Assembly (NCBI GenBank): GCA_964439625.1
Contig: CAYTPI010000002.1
Span: forward strand, 39,940 to 103,939
DNA: 64,000 bases
Direction: 5' to 3'
From: an uncultured Anaerolineae bacterium
GTDB lineage: Bacteria; Chloroflexota; Anaerolineae; Aggregatilineales; UBA3940
The translations under genes were made by a program, and so were the position numbers. Positions 1 to 10,769 of this stretch are shown here, piece after piece (positions within the stretch are counted from its first letter, which is position 1; each line of letters opens with the position of its first letter). The notes beneath the pieces were generated by a model. That model was not told the origin of the DNA, made no database searches, and was given only the letters and a program-made list of their open reading frames with translations.

Positions 1-425
1 TGTCTATTCCTGGCATCAACCTAGAAACACCCGTTATCGCTTTGTCGCCGCGCCAATTCGATAGCGGTGTTACCCGTTTACCAGTACCGAACTCGTTCTC
101 TGTCGCCTGGGATGCCACATCATCCCGCCCAGGTGCACCCGGCAACACTATTATAACCGGGCATAACAACTTTTATGGCGGTGTCTTTGGCGATTTACAA
201 TTTATCGGGGTTGGTACTGAAGTAGCGGTTTGGACAGAAGTCGGGGTGATGAGCTACACAGTACAGTCTGCTACCCTGATCGAAGAAGACAGCCTGACAA
301 TAGCCGAACGGGCTGAAAATGCGCGACTATGGCTGGCAGATACCCCTACAGATACGCTGACACTGATCACCTGCGGTCCTGGTAAAGAGGACTCACATCG
401 CTTCATCGTTGTCGCGACGCGCTAG
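1..425 (+). CDS. Sortase, 5'-truncated by the window edge
   Basis: The frame is open from the window start (SIPGINLETPV). Catalytic His in GNTIITGHNN, Cys in LTLITC, Arg in HRFIVVA. Confidence 0.9.
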   Translation, partial: SIPGINLETPVIALSPRQFDSGVTRLPVPNSFSVAWDATSSRPGAPGNTIITGHNNFYGGVFGDLQFIGVGTEVAVWTEVGVMSYTVQSATLIEEDSLTIAERAENARLWLADTPTDTLTLITCGPGKEDSHRFIVVATR

Positions 426-800
426 GCGAGCGTCTGCCTTGGTTGGCGTTGGGTCAAACACAGATTTGACAATCAAGACAGACCCGAAAAGCACTACGGC
501 GATAATCCACCAGGGTAGAATGGTAGCCCCCTCAGGCGCAAGCAGTGAATTAACGATGCCCCCAAGCCCTAGCGCAACCATCAAGATAGACGACCCGTAA
601 CTAAACCACCCGACGCTCCACTCTGCCTGCAAATCCTGAAATATGGCTGATCCCAGTAAGATCAAACCCGGAATAAATAACATTAGTGATGGGAACTGCT
701 GATAGGTTGTCAAGTAAAGGATTGCCCCCACAATCAACACTAACCCCCAGATGATTAACTCATGTCGGACTTCTTCTTGTGGTTTTCTGCCTCTGAGCAT
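393..800 (-). CDS. Small integral membrane protein (about 4 TM), function unknown
   Basis: 135-aa ORF with four hydrophobic segments; convergent 33-bp overlap with the sortase gene. Confidence 0.75.
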   Translation of the reverse strand: MLRGRKPQEEVRHELIIWGLVLIVGAILYLTTYQQFPSLMLFIPGLILLGSAIFQDLQAEWSVGWFSYGSSILMVALGLGGIVNSLLAPEGATILPWWIIAVVLFGSVLIVKSVFDPTPTKADARLARRDNDEAM

Positions 801-815
801 GTTCTATTTCCACCC

Positions 816-855
816 AATCTAGTTGATGCGATTGAAATCTAAGTTGATGCAATTG
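816..855. repeat. Imperfect tandem direct repeat AATCT(A)AGTTGATGCRATTG, 2 copies
   Basis: Copies at 816-834 and 836-855; the AGTTGATGC core starts at 821 and 842. Confidence 0.7.
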
Positions 856-947
856 TACTCATAGCAAATGTGTGACGAAAGCACTTTTGCTGTATAGCCT
901 ACGACAGCGATACACTTACATTGCAACAATCAAAGGTAATAAATGCC

Positions 948-1292
948 ATGAGTGAACAAGACGCCGACTTCATCATACCACGCTATAAAATGATTATGCT
1001 GTATGATATTCACCCCGAGAGCCATGATCATTATTATGAATTCGTTCTCAGCGAATTTGTTCCTGCTCTCCAAGAAATGGGTATGTACATCACAGAAGCT
1101 TGGCAGACCATGCACGGTCAACATCCAGAGCGGATGGCAGCCTTTGTCTCAGAGACATACGAAGCGATGGAGTTGATGGTGGAGAGTCAGCGCTGGGACG
1201 AACTTGAGACGCGCTTACAGGGTTATGTATCAAACTACTCATGTAAGATTGTGCCATACCGTCCTGGCTTTCAATTTATCCTCCCGAACTAA
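948..1292 (+). CDS. Conserved hypothetical protein, probably NIPSNAP-like dimeric alpha/beta barrel
   Basis: ATG at 948. Pattern YDIxP..Y.EF...FVP.L..MG..I.EAW.T. Ends 6 bp upstream of the epimerase. Confidence 0.7.
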   Translation: MSEQDADFIIPRYKMIMLYDIHPESHDHYYEFVLSEFVPALQEMGMYITEAWQTMHGQHPERMAAFVSETYEAMELMVESQRWDELETRLQGYVSNYSCKIVPYRPGFQFILPN

Positions 1293-1298
1293 CTCGCA

Positions 1299-2225
1299 AT
1301 GCAATTTCTTGTAACGGGTGGTGCGGGCTTCATTGGTTCGACGCTCGCCAACCGACTGGTCGCTGCGGGTAACGAAGTCCGCGTGTTAGACAACCTTACA
1401 GCGGGCAGCCCGGAGCGCCTTAATTCGCGTGTAATTTTCAATCGTGGTGATGTCGATGATATCCCAAAGCTTTGGAGCCTTCTTCAAGATATTGACTGTG
1501 TCTATCATCTGGCAGCACGTGTGTCTGTCCCTGAGTCAATTAAGTACCCGCGTGACTATAATCGGGTCAATGTCGGCGGCACCGTCAGTGTGATGGAAGC
1601 CATGCGTGATGCCGGTGTCCACCGCGTCGTGTTGGCCTCTTCGGGAGCGGTCTATGGTGCTCAAAAGGAACAACCTCTCGTAGAAACCATGCGCCCTGAT
1701 CCCGACTCGCCATATGCTGTTGGTAAATACGCCGCTGAGACTTACGTTCGTACTATTGGTACTTTGTGGGGCATTGAGACAGTTTCACTGCGAATTTTTA
1801 ACGCCTATGGGCCGCGGCAGCAGCTTCCAGCATCACATGCGCCCGTCGTTCCTCGCTTCCTGAAAAACGCTTTGAGTGGCGCATCGTTGGTTATCTTTGG
1901 CGATGGCGAGCAGACGCGAGATTTCGTTTACCTCGATGACGTGGTTGACGCCTTGATTGCTGCATCAACCGCCCCCAATGTTGACAGACAAGTAATCAAC
2001 GTTGGTAGTGGCGTTGAAAACAGCCTCAACCGGCTAGCCGACGTCATTGGCACCCTCATCGATAGGCCCATCCAGCCGATCTATAATCCAAACCGCGCTG
2101 GCGGTGTTCGTCGCATGTTGGCAGATGTATCGTCTGCAAAACGCCTACTTGACTTCGAGCCGAAGTATTCTCTTGAGCAGGGGCTCGAGCAAATGCTTAC
2201 TCACGATAACCGTTTCAACCCTTAG
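1299..2225 (+). CDS. NAD-dependent sugar epimerase/dehydratase (extended SDR, GalE/WbpP-like)
   Basis: VTGGAGFIGS, HLAA, SSGAVYG, YAVGK (YxxxK), FNAYGPRQ, GDGEQTRDFVY. Confidence 0.93.
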   Translation: MQFLVTGGAGFIGSTLANRLVAAGNEVRVLDNLTAGSPERLNSRVIFNRGDVDDIPKLWSLLQDIDCVYHLAARVSVPESIKYPRDYNRVNVGGTVSVMEAMRDAGVHRVVLASSGAVYGAQKEQPLVETMRPDPDSPYAVGKYAAETYVRTIGTLWGIETVSLRIFNAYGPRQQLPASHAPVVPRFLKNALSGASLVIFGDGEQTRDFVYLDDVVDALIAASTAPNVDRQVINVGSGVENSLNRLADVIGTLIDRPIQPIYNPNRAGGVRRMLADVSSAKRLLDFEPKYSLEQGLEQMLTHDNRFNP

Positions 2226-2335
2226 TAACTAACACACTCTTACAAATTACTTGCACCACTTAGACATCTCAACAGGCTGGTGTGTATGGTCGGGTGTGTT
2301 GTCAACAAACGGTCACCTTTGGTACGTTGGTTTCA

Positions 2336-2364
2336 TTGACACACCCAGGAAATCTATTTAGTAT
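2336..2364 (+). promoter_or_regulatory. Sigma70-type promoter of the moxR operon
   Basis: TTGACA (2336-2341), 17-nt spacer, TAGTAT (2359-2364). Confidence 0.7.
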
Positions 2365-2367
2365 CTT

Positions 2368-2390
2368 TATACATAGATATTCTATGTATA
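2368..2390. promoter_or_regulatory. Candidate repressor operator (perfect 10-bp inverted repeat)
   Basis: TATACATAGA-TAT-TCTATGTATA immediately downstream of the -10 element. Confidence 0.7.
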
Positions 2391-2421
2391 CGCAACCCAC
2401 GAATTAGGGAGTAGAGTTTTA

Positions 2422-3381
<960 letters not shown>

Positions 3382-3384
3382 ACG

Positions 3385-4596
3385 ATGCCAACCGGACGCG
3401 CGCTGACATTTCTAATTGCGGGTTTGCTGCTGTACCTTTTTGCGAACCAAACACAGGTTGGCTGGCTTTACGTCATGTCGGCAGTGATGGGCGGTATGTT
3501 GATCGCTGGCTTCATCTTGAATCGACTCTGCGTTGGGAAGATTGACATACAACGAGAGGTAGCAGGAGAGCAGGAAGATCTGCACGAAGGCGACCAAGCG
3601 ACTGTTACCATTACATACAATCATCAGGGCGGTGCACTCGCAGCACAAGTGCTCATCACTGAAGACAATCCCCTTGTGCAGCCAAATAATGACAGTGCCC
3701 AGATAAACGTCTACATACCGAGCTTGCCACAAGGATATTCACAGTCGTTCCAGTATAATGTCGAATTATATAGACGTGGCATCAATCAATTTGCGCCTAG
3801 CAAGTTGCTCTCAAAAGCACCTTTTGGATTGTTCAAACGCCGTAAGCATATTGATGCACCAACACCCATTTTGATCTACCCTGAGCTAAAGAGGCTTGAG
3901 CATCTATCCCTGTTAGACAAACAGCCGACGCCACAAGTAACTGCCTCAAAAGCGGGGTTAGGCTTAGAAGTGATCGGTGTTCGCCCATACCAAAGTGGCG
4001 ATTCGCCCCGACATATTCACTGGCGCAGTGTAGCCAAACAGGGAAGGTTGATCAGTAAGGAGTTCGCCGAAGAAACACGCCCAGGCGTCACGCTTTTACT
4101 AGACCTACGCGCATACTCCTACCCGAAAACACAGAGCAAACATACATCATTTGAATGGGCAGTTAAGGCAGCCGCTTCTATCGGAGATTATGCGCTTCGT
4201 AGACATTACCCGCTGCATCTTGCTGCCGATGTTGAAGCCTTCCTGCCACCACAAGGGCCTATAACCAGCCGAATTTTGATGGAGTACCTTGCTCGGACTG
4301 AACCCATCGGTGTCAATCCACTTGAAAGCATTATTGAAACAACTGCTTTACAAACGTTTGTTGCCTTACTTCTGCCTTGGCCTGATGACTCTGCATTGGT
4401 ATCTATCCAAGCGCTAAACCGTCGTGGCCTTGAGGCGCTTGCCGTCGTGATTGACCCGAGCAGCTTCCCAACACCCGGCCCAGATGCACGGCCCTTCGCC
4501 GATGCCCTCCGTGCTGCAGACGTTGATGTGACCTTAATCCAGTATGGGCAAAGCTGGGCAGCGCAGTTAGAAGCACCGACCGAGCCCAACTATTAG
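3385..4596 (+). CDS. DUF58 family protein (vWA-like, N-terminal TM)
   Basis: VRPYQSGDSPRHIHWRSVAK motif; typical position after MoxR. Confidence 0.92.
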   Translation: MPTGRALTFLIAGLLLYLFANQTQVGWLYVMSAVMGGMLIAGFILNRLCVGKIDIQREVAGEQEDLHEGDQATVTITYNHQGGALAAQVLITEDNPLVQPNNDSAQINVYIPSLPQGYSQSFQYNVELYRRGINQFAPSKLLSKAPFGLFKRRKHIDAPTPILIYPELKRLEHLSLLDKQPTPQVTASKAGLGLEVIGVRPYQSGDSPRHIHWRSVAKQGRLISKEFAEETRPGVTLLLDLRAYSYPKTQSKHTSFEWAVKAAASIGDYALRRHYPLHLAADVEAFLPPQGPITSRILMEYLARTEPIGVNPLESIIETTALQTFVALLLPWPDDSALVSIQALNRRGLEALAVVIDPSSFPTPGPDARPFADALRAADVDVTLIQYGQSWAAQLEAPTEPNY

Positions 4597-4665
4597 TAAG
4601 GGCATAATGTTTGTGAGTCTTCTGCGAGATGAATGGTACGCGAGTCTATAGGTATAGGTAAAATA

Positions 4666-6816
4666 ATGACAGCTCTCAGTTCACCGTCACACCAGCAGCC
4701 GAGCATCCTGCAACGCCTCAAGGCTGCCCACGAAAAACGCAATCGCCACGAAAAATCGAAAATCCTGAGAGCCCTTGTCTTTGGTACACAAATTGTTGGC
4801 ATCACTGCCCTGATGACCACTGCCCAAGTTTGGCTAGCGGCTATCATTGCAGTCATCATTTTGACGGCAGGCCACTGGAGTGCGTACCGATCAGTCATGA
4901 ACAAGCCCTCCAAGCTGGTGAATGTAGTCGCCTTCATTGGCCTTCACTTAGCCTTCTGCTGGATGTTATTCGGCCTCTTTGCTGGTCAACCTTACCCACA
5001 AGCGCAGTTTGCTATGTTGGGTATGGCTGTGATCACATGGGCGGTCTATTCACGTCTCAATCTCTACTCAGCGATTGGACTGGCTGGCATTAACTTATAT
5101 GTGGCTGCCACACTCAGCCGTAACTACGGCTTCATTATCTTCCTACTGATGTTTATGGCCCTGCTGATCGCGTTTTTGTGGATCGCCGACTCGCTCGATG
5201 GACTGGAAGCCAGCAGCGTTATACTCAGGGTCAATGATAATGGCTTACAGCAAGAACAGGCACTAATATTACGTGGGCTAGGGCGTTGGGTTCTCCGGGC
5301 GACTGGGGTTAGCTTGGTTGCTATGTTTGTTGTCTTCATACTTTCGCCCCGCTACAGTGGCTTACCATGGATTAAACCGGTCTCATTGACGCTGCCTATT
5401 CAAAGCGCACCGTCTTCTGAAGTCATCAATCCAGGCGCACCATTAGTACAAATCAATGGGATGTCTACCGATGAAAGTGACTATTATTATGGTTTCGATA
5501 GCACATTAGACTTAGCCTACCGGGGCGGTCTGTCTGACCAAATTGTGATGTATGTTCGCAGCCCAGTTTGGAGCTACTGGCGCAGCCATGCCTTTGGTTA
5601 TTACGATGGACGCACTTGGAAGCAATCAGATCGTTCAGTGGAGCGAATAGATAACGGCACTTATCTGTTTACTCTGACGGACACCTTTGAAGAAAGCCAC
5701 ACCCTTCGTAACTCCGATGATTACTTTTATCACTCGTTTCACATCGTCCATCCGCTTCCTAACGCTGCGCTGATGGGTGGGCAGCCAGTCGAACTGATAT
5801 TTGCTGCGGATGAAGGCATCACCGTTGACTCAACCGGGGGCGTCCGTGTTGGAGAACCTCTTGAACCAGGCACAACTTACTCAGTCGGATCACTCCGCAT
5901 AGATTATGATGTTGAAGAGGTAAGGCAAGCTGGGCAAGACTACCCCACAGAAATCACAGATACTTATCTGCAATTGCCAGATACGCTGCCACAACGTGTG
6001 CGTGATTTAGCGCATGAGGTCGTCGCGGATGCGCCAACCGATTACGACAAAGTGATCGCCATCCGCGAGCATCTATTGGTGTCGTATCCTTATGACTTTT
6101 TCCCGCCACCGCAACAGCCTAACACTGACTCAGTTGATCAATTTTTATTCGTCGATCAACGCGGGGTCTGTGAACATTATGTCAGTGCGATGGTGGTGAT
6201 GCTGCGAGAACTCGGCATTCCAGCGCGCTTGGTTACTGGTTATGGGGCAGGGGAATATAACCCAGTCACAAATTACTACACTGTACGAGCCAATGATGCT
6301 CACGCATGGGTAGAGGTTTATTTCCCAGACCACGGCTGGCTGCCATTTGACCCAACGCCCGGCTGGAACGGCGACCCGACAACTGGGCCAGTCAACAGGA
6401 GTTTATTCTCTGAATTAAACCGCCAGATTGAACCTCCTCAAGTATCATTAGGCTCGGCGTTGATCGCCGGAGCTGGCTTAGTAACGATAGCACTCACACC
6501 ATTGATGTACGTCGGTGGCCTGCTGTTCCTGATCGGTATTGGGTACGTCGGGTGGTTGAGCCTGAAACGCTTGCACCTACGCTACCAGCGTCGCTGGCTG
6601 TGGCGTAACCCAATTCGACGAAAGGTCTTTCGCCACTATCGTCGTGCTCAACGTAAGCTCAAAGCAAAACGAGCTCCTGAACAAACAACACAAGAACACG
6701 CACGAATAGTACCAGAAATTCAAGCGCTGGCAGATTTGGTTGATCAGGCAGCCTACGACCCAAAACCACCTGATGACACCTTGCTACACAAGCTTAACCG
6801 CTGGCGCGGCTCTTAG
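4666..6816 (+). CDS. Membrane transglutaminase-like protein (TgpA/DUF3488 type)
   Basis: Multi-TM N-terminus, YWRSHAF, and a Cys-His-Asp triad in GVCEHY / DAHAWVEVY / FDPTP, plus a C-terminal TM. The start could be 4633 instead. Confidence 0.9.
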   Translation: MTALSSPSHQQPSILQRLKAAHEKRNRHEKSKILRALVFGTQIVGITALMTTAQVWLAAIIAVIILTAGHWSAYRSVMNKPSKLVNVVAFIGLHLAFCWMLFGLFAGQPYPQAQFAMLGMAVITWAVYSRLNLYSAIGLAGINLYVAATLSRNYGFIIFLLMFMALLIAFLWIADSLDGLEASSVILRVNDNGLQQEQALILRGLGRWVLRATGVSLVAMFVVFILSPRYSGLPWIKPVSLTLPIQSAPSSEVINPGAPLVQINGMSTDESDYYYGFDSTLDLAYRGGLSDQIVMYVRSPVWSYWRSHAFGYYDGRTWKQSDRSVERIDNGTYLFTLTDTFEESHTLRNSDDYFYHSFHIVHPLPNAALMGGQPVELIFAADEGITVDSTGGVRVGEPLEPGTTYSVGSLRIDYDVEEVRQAGQDYPTEITDTYLQLPDTLPQRVRDLAHEVVADAPTDYDKVIAIREHLLVSYPYDFFPPPQQPNTDSVDQFLFVDQRGVCEHYVSAMVVMLRELGIPARLVTGYGAGEYNPVTNYYTVRANDAHAWVEVYFPDHGWLPFDPTPGWNGDPTTGPVNRSLFSELNRQIEPPQVSLGSALIAGAGLVTIALTPLMYVGGLLFLIGIGYVGWLSLKRLHLRYQRRWLWRNPIRRKVFRHYRRAQRKLKAKRAPEQTTQEHARIVPEIQALADLVDQAAYDPKPPDDTLLHKLNRWRGS

Positions 6817-7478
6817 ATCGATGCGCCTATAGTCAGATCTTGTGCCTGCGCCTCGTAAGGCTTGGGATCGATATCTTCAAGAAAGTGCTCGATGTTCAGG
6901 GATGCCAGCGTGGCGCGTTCCGCAAATAGGTATAATTTCGAGACGGATGCATTATGGAAAGCAAAGCGCCAGCGCATTCCCGGTGGAATGTTTAGCGCAA
7001 GGCTGGATAGAATTTGCAAGGTGCCGCCATGAGCTACTACCAAGACGTGGTCATCGTCATCGTGTGTTTCGCGTAGGAAGGTGACAAACGACGCAACACG
7101 GCTAGTCATTTGCTCACCAGTCTCGGCACCTTCTGGTCTAAAGGAGGGGTCTGCTAGCCAACGCTGGTAGTCATCCGGGTCTTTTTCCTTAATCTCTTTT
7201 GACGTCCATCCTTCCCATTTGCCAAAATGGATTTCACGTAAGCGCTCATCTACAGCCAGAGCAAGCGGGTGCTCGGCGACGATTGTTTCCGCGGTAAAAC
7301 GCGCCCGCTGTAAGTCGCTGCTGTAAGCCGCTACAAACCGTTGCCTCTTTAGATACTGAGCTGTTGCATTTGCCTGCGCAATGCCCATTGCATTCAACGG
7401 AATGTCGGTCTGGCCTTGAAAGCGTCGTTGGACATTCCAGTCAGTTTCACCGTGACGGACTAAAAATATAGTAGACAT
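6813..7478 (-). CDS. Histidine phosphatase (phosphoglycerate mutase/CobC family)
   Basis: [29 protein letters not shown]. Confidence 0.93.
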   Translation of the reverse strand: MSTIFLVRHGETDWNVQRRFQGQTDIPLNAMGIAQANATAQYLKRQRFVAAYSSDLQRARFTAETIVAEHPLALAVDERLREIHFGKWEGWTSKEIKEKDPDDYQRWLADPSFRPEGAETGEQMTSRVASFVTFLRETHDDDDHVLVVAHGGTLQILSSLALNIPPGMRWRFAFHNASVSKLYLFAERATLASLNIEHFLEDIDPKPYEAQAQDLTIGASI

Positions 7479-7555
7479 GGTTCAATTCCCCCCAAAAAAT
7501 TATAATGACTGCTAAAGCATAGCTAACCGAATATGCGCTGGCCAATTGATGATGC

Positions 7556-7585
7556 TTGCAGTGGTTTTTAAGCGCACGGTACAAT
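7556..7585 (+). promoter_or_regulatory. Sigma70-type promoter, probably leaderless
   Basis: TTGCAG, 18-nt spacer, TACAAT ending 7 nt before ATG 7593; no SD sequence. Confidence 0.5.
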
Positions 7586-7592
7586 GCGCCGC

Positions 7593-8444
7593 ATGGATAA
7601 ACCCACAATCACTCTACTAACAGATTTCGGCACCCAAGACGCTTTCGTTGGCGTGATGAAAGGCGTGATCCTTAATATTCAGCCTGACGTTAACCTTGTT
7701 GATCTGACGCATCAGATTACCCCACAGGATGTTCAACAAGCGGCGCGTGTTCTGCGCTACAGCGTGCCTTACTTCACACCAGAGACAATTCATCTGGTGG
7801 TAGTTGACCCTGGAGTAGGTAGTACTCGCCGAGCAATGGCTGCAAAGACCCCTCACGGTATATTCGTTGCACCGGATAACGGCGTTCTGACAGATATGCT
7901 GCGAGTGCCTTGGGACGCTATCGCTTTGGACAATAGACAATATTGGCGCATACCTGACCCCAGCCAAACCTTCCACGGGCGTGATATTTTCAGCCCAGTC
8001 GCCGCCCACCTTGCAGCAGGCGTCCCCTTGCGTGCGCTGGGCACAGGTATCATTGACCCCGTTATGATGCCAAGGCGCCGCTTCACACGGCAATCACAGA
8101 CGGAAATACGCGGTGAAGTAACGTATATCGATCACTTTGGTGATGTAACCACAAATATTACACCTGTTCGCTGGGCATCAGAAACGACCATTCACCTAAG
8201 TGTGCCTGAACAGCCTGTACCAGTGTCTTTTGACGCCCGCACGGCTAAAGTGATCAGTGGTTGGCATACGCTTGAAGGTATCAACCGAACTTACTCTGAC
8301 GTACCAATAGGCGAACCGCTTGCTCTGATCGGCAGCGGAGGTGAATTAGAGATCGCCGTTAATCGGGGTCGTGCGGCGCAAGAACTCAGCTTGAGCGTTG
8401 GTGATCCAATCACGCTGAGCTTCGCGCCTTCAACCGTTACCTAG
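7593..8444 (+). CDS. SAM hydroxide adenosyltransferase / chlorinase-fluorinase (DUF62) family
   Basis: LLTDFG, HLVVVDPGVG, APDNG, TFHGRDIF, YIDHFG, ELEIAVN. Confidence 0.93.
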   Translation: MDKPTITLLTDFGTQDAFVGVMKGVILNIQPDVNLVDLTHQITPQDVQQAARVLRYSVPYFTPETIHLVVVDPGVGSTRRAMAAKTPHGIFVAPDNGVLTDMLRVPWDAIALDNRQYWRIPDPSQTFHGRDIFSPVAAHLAAGVPLRALGTGIIDPVMMPRRRFTRQSQTEIRGEVTYIDHFGDVTTNITPVRWASETTIHLSVPEQPVPVSFDARTAKVISGWHTLEGINRTYSDVPIGEPLALIGSGGELEIAVNRGRAAQELSLSVGDPITLSFAPSTVT

Positions 8445-8505
8445 CTTAAACGCTCATTAACCCAGCTAGCATTAATCAACTACATGCCCATAAAAAGGAT
8501 AAACC

Positions 8506-9792
8506 ATGGATCGCTTTGTTATTCAAGGTGGCATTAAGCTGAGCGGAACTATTTCTGCAAGCGGCAATAAAAATGCCGCCTTAAAGCTCTTGGCTGCCTG
8601 CATTCTAACTGATCAACCCGTGATGTTGCACAACGTCCCGAACATCGCCGACGTTCGTACAATGCTTGCTATATTGAAAAAACTGGGCGTCAAAGTTGAA
8701 GCACTTAAGCTCAACTCCTTTCTGATCCATGCGAAAAACGTCAACTCACACATCATTGATCAACAACTCGGGTCAAAGATACGTGCCAGTATTGTACTGG
8801 CTGGCCCAATGTTGGCGCGTATGGGGCGCATCGAACTACCACCGCCAGGCGGAGATGTCATCGGTAGGCGACGCGTTGATACGCACATGTTGGCACTTGG
8901 CAAACTCGGGGCAAAGTTTGAGCTTGACGGTAATTTTGCTTTACAAACGGATGGGCTTGTTGGGCAGGATATTCTGTTAGATGAAGCCAGCGTCACAGCG
9001 ACCGAAAACGCGATCATGGCGGCCGTTACTGCAAAAGGAACCACCATCCTACGCAATGTAGCATCGGAACCACATGTGCAAGACCTTTGCAACTTCTTAA
9101 ATATGCTCGGAGCGCAGATCGTTGGAATTGGTAGCAATCAGCTGACAATTCAGGGTGTCGATAAATTATCTGGTGGAGAATACAATATCGGTGCAGATTA
9201 TGTTGAAGTTGCTAGTTTCATCGGAGCAGCAGCAGTCACACGCAGTCGCATTCGGATTGAAAACGCAGCGCCACAGCATTTACCAATGATTGAGCTGGTA
9301 TTTAACCGGCTGGGTGTCCACTGGGAAGTTGAAGGCGATGCGGTAATTGTTCCAGAGTACCAACCCTTGAAGATTATCTCTGACCTTGGTGGTGCTATCC
9401 CTGAAATCAAAGCACAACCGTGGCCAGCCTTTCCTAGTGACCTAATGAGTATTGCTCTTGTAGTCGCTACCCAAGCAGAGGGAACTGTGCTATTCCACGA
9501 ATGGATGTACGACAGTCGTTTTTACTGGGTCGACAAGCTCAATTACATGGGTGCGCGCGCGCTCGTCTGCGACCCACACCGTTGCATTGTGCAGGGGCCT
9601 GTACAATTGACTGGAGAGCGCAAGCGCATCACTAGCCCAGATATTCGCGCTGGAATGGCATTGCTTCTAGCCGCTCTCTGCGCGGAAGGTGAAACAGTTG
9701 TACGCAACATCGGTCAAATTGATCGCGGGTACGAAGCGGTTGATCAAAAACTGCAAACACTGAATGCTAAGATCGAGCGTTTGACGGATTAA
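8506..9792 (+). CDS. murA: UDP-N-acetylglucosamine 1-carboxyvinyltransferase
   Basis: GNKNAAL, KIRASI, PGGDVIGRRRVDTH, ASVTATEN, DIRAG, IDRGYE. Confidence 0.96.
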   Translation: MDRFVIQGGIKLSGTISASGNKNAALKLLAACILTDQPVMLHNVPNIADVRTMLAILKKLGVKVEALKLNSFLIHAKNVNSHIIDQQLGSKIRASIVLAGPMLARMGRIELPPPGGDVIGRRRVDTHMLALGKLGAKFELDGNFALQTDGLVGQDILLDEASVTATENAIMAAVTAKGTTILRNVASEPHVQDLCNFLNMLGAQIVGIGSNQLTIQGVDKLSGGEYNIGADYVEVASFIGAAAVTRSRIRIENAAPQHLPMIELVFNRLGVHWEVEGDAVIVPEYQPLKIISDLGGAIPEIKAQPWPAFPSDLMSIALVVATQAEGTVLFHEWMYDSRFYWVDKLNYMGARALVCDPHRCIVQGPVQLTGERKRITSPDIRAGMALLLAALCAEGETVVRNIGQIDRGYEAVDQKLQTLNAKIERLTD

Positions 9793-9814
9793 ATTGATAG
9801 ACAGCCAATACTAC

Positions 9815-9849
9815 AAAGCAAAAAGGCCACAGATTGCGGCCCTTCTTTG
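9815..9849. terminator. Weak bidirectional terminator between murA and carD
   Basis: GGCCACAGATTGCGGCC hairpin flanked by A-rich and T-rich tracts. Confidence 0.4.
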
Positions 9850-9869
9850 TTAACAGTAGATGCTAAAGC

Positions 9870-10373
9870 TTATGCTGGAACTTCACGCTGGAAGAGATGC
9901 TCTTCCAGGATTGTGTCGATGTGTTCGCTGGCGGAGTCCTCAGTGAATTCTGGCTTAACCGAGAGAATACTGACCAGAAATTCTTTTGCACGAGCCAGTA
10001 GACGTATGTCGCCGCCGGGCAAACGGTCGACATGTTGACGCCACGACAAGTCTCGAAGAGCTTCTGCCACTTCAAGCGGGTCACCGCTTTTAATCTTTTT
10101 CGCCATCGCCGCTTGACGCTTACGATAATTATCCGCAAGAGTCTTCGGCTTACTCTTCAAGACATCAATGAAGCGCTTTTTATTCCTTACCGGGCGGATA
10201 CCATTATCGTCAACTTGCTTGACAGGGATCATCAAATAACCTTCTGTAACAAGATCGATATTATAGTAACTCTGAGGCTCGTCCCCAATGGTCAGACGCT
10301 TCATTCCAGTAATTTTCCCTGCCCCGTGTTGAGGATGAATCACCAGATCCCCCACCTCAAATATTTGCTCCAA
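9870..10373 (-). CDS. carD: CarD family transcriptional regulator
   Basis: FEVGDLVIHPQHGAGKI, IPV...GIRP, NYRKR, SGDPLEVAEALRDL. Confidence 0.9.
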   Translation of the reverse strand: MEQIFEVGDLVIHPQHGAGKITGMKRLTIGDEPQSYYNIDLVTEGYLMIPVKQVDDNGIRPVRNKKRFIDVLKSKPKTLADNYRKRQAAMAKKIKSGDPLEVAEALRDLSWRQHVDRLPGGDIRLLARAKEFLVSILSVKPEFTEDSASEHIDTILEEHLFQREVPA

Positions 10374-10522
10374 TGTTGTTCCTTCCGCAGAACTTAACGT
10401 ACAGTTTGGAGTAGAATGCAGCTACTGTTAAACTGACAGTGGGCTAAGAGGAAGTTTATAACCCACCAAAAACTTTTATGATACATAATATAACATAAAG
10501 TCGGCATTTTTGCCAGCTAAGC

Positions 10523-10551
10523 TTGTACCTGCTGATACATATTGCTATACT
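10523..10551 (+). promoter_or_regulatory. Promoter of tRNA-Val
   Basis: TTGTAC, 17-nt spacer, TATACT with an extended TG, 11 nt upstream of the tRNA. Confidence 0.65.
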
Positions 10552-10562
10552 ATATCGTCTAA

Positions 10563-10636
<74 letters not shown>

Positions 10637-10769
10637 CAAAAATACACATGGATGTGCTGGTGCGGTCGTGCGGTATGCATAACCGCATTTTGAGTCTTAA
10701 GGGCTGTTACAATCACTCCGCTGCCAACGGTGATTTTTTGTAGTTTATAGGTCTAGAGAAAACGGCATT

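Noticed and set aside
2231-2300. Possible structured RNA after the epimerase gene
   Set aside because: Only loose, G-U-rich pairing of the outer arms; no recognisable family.
10637-10769. Possible integration site at the 3' end of tRNA-Val
   Set aside because: No integrase, no duplicated tRNA 3' end, and no obvious compositional shift downstream.
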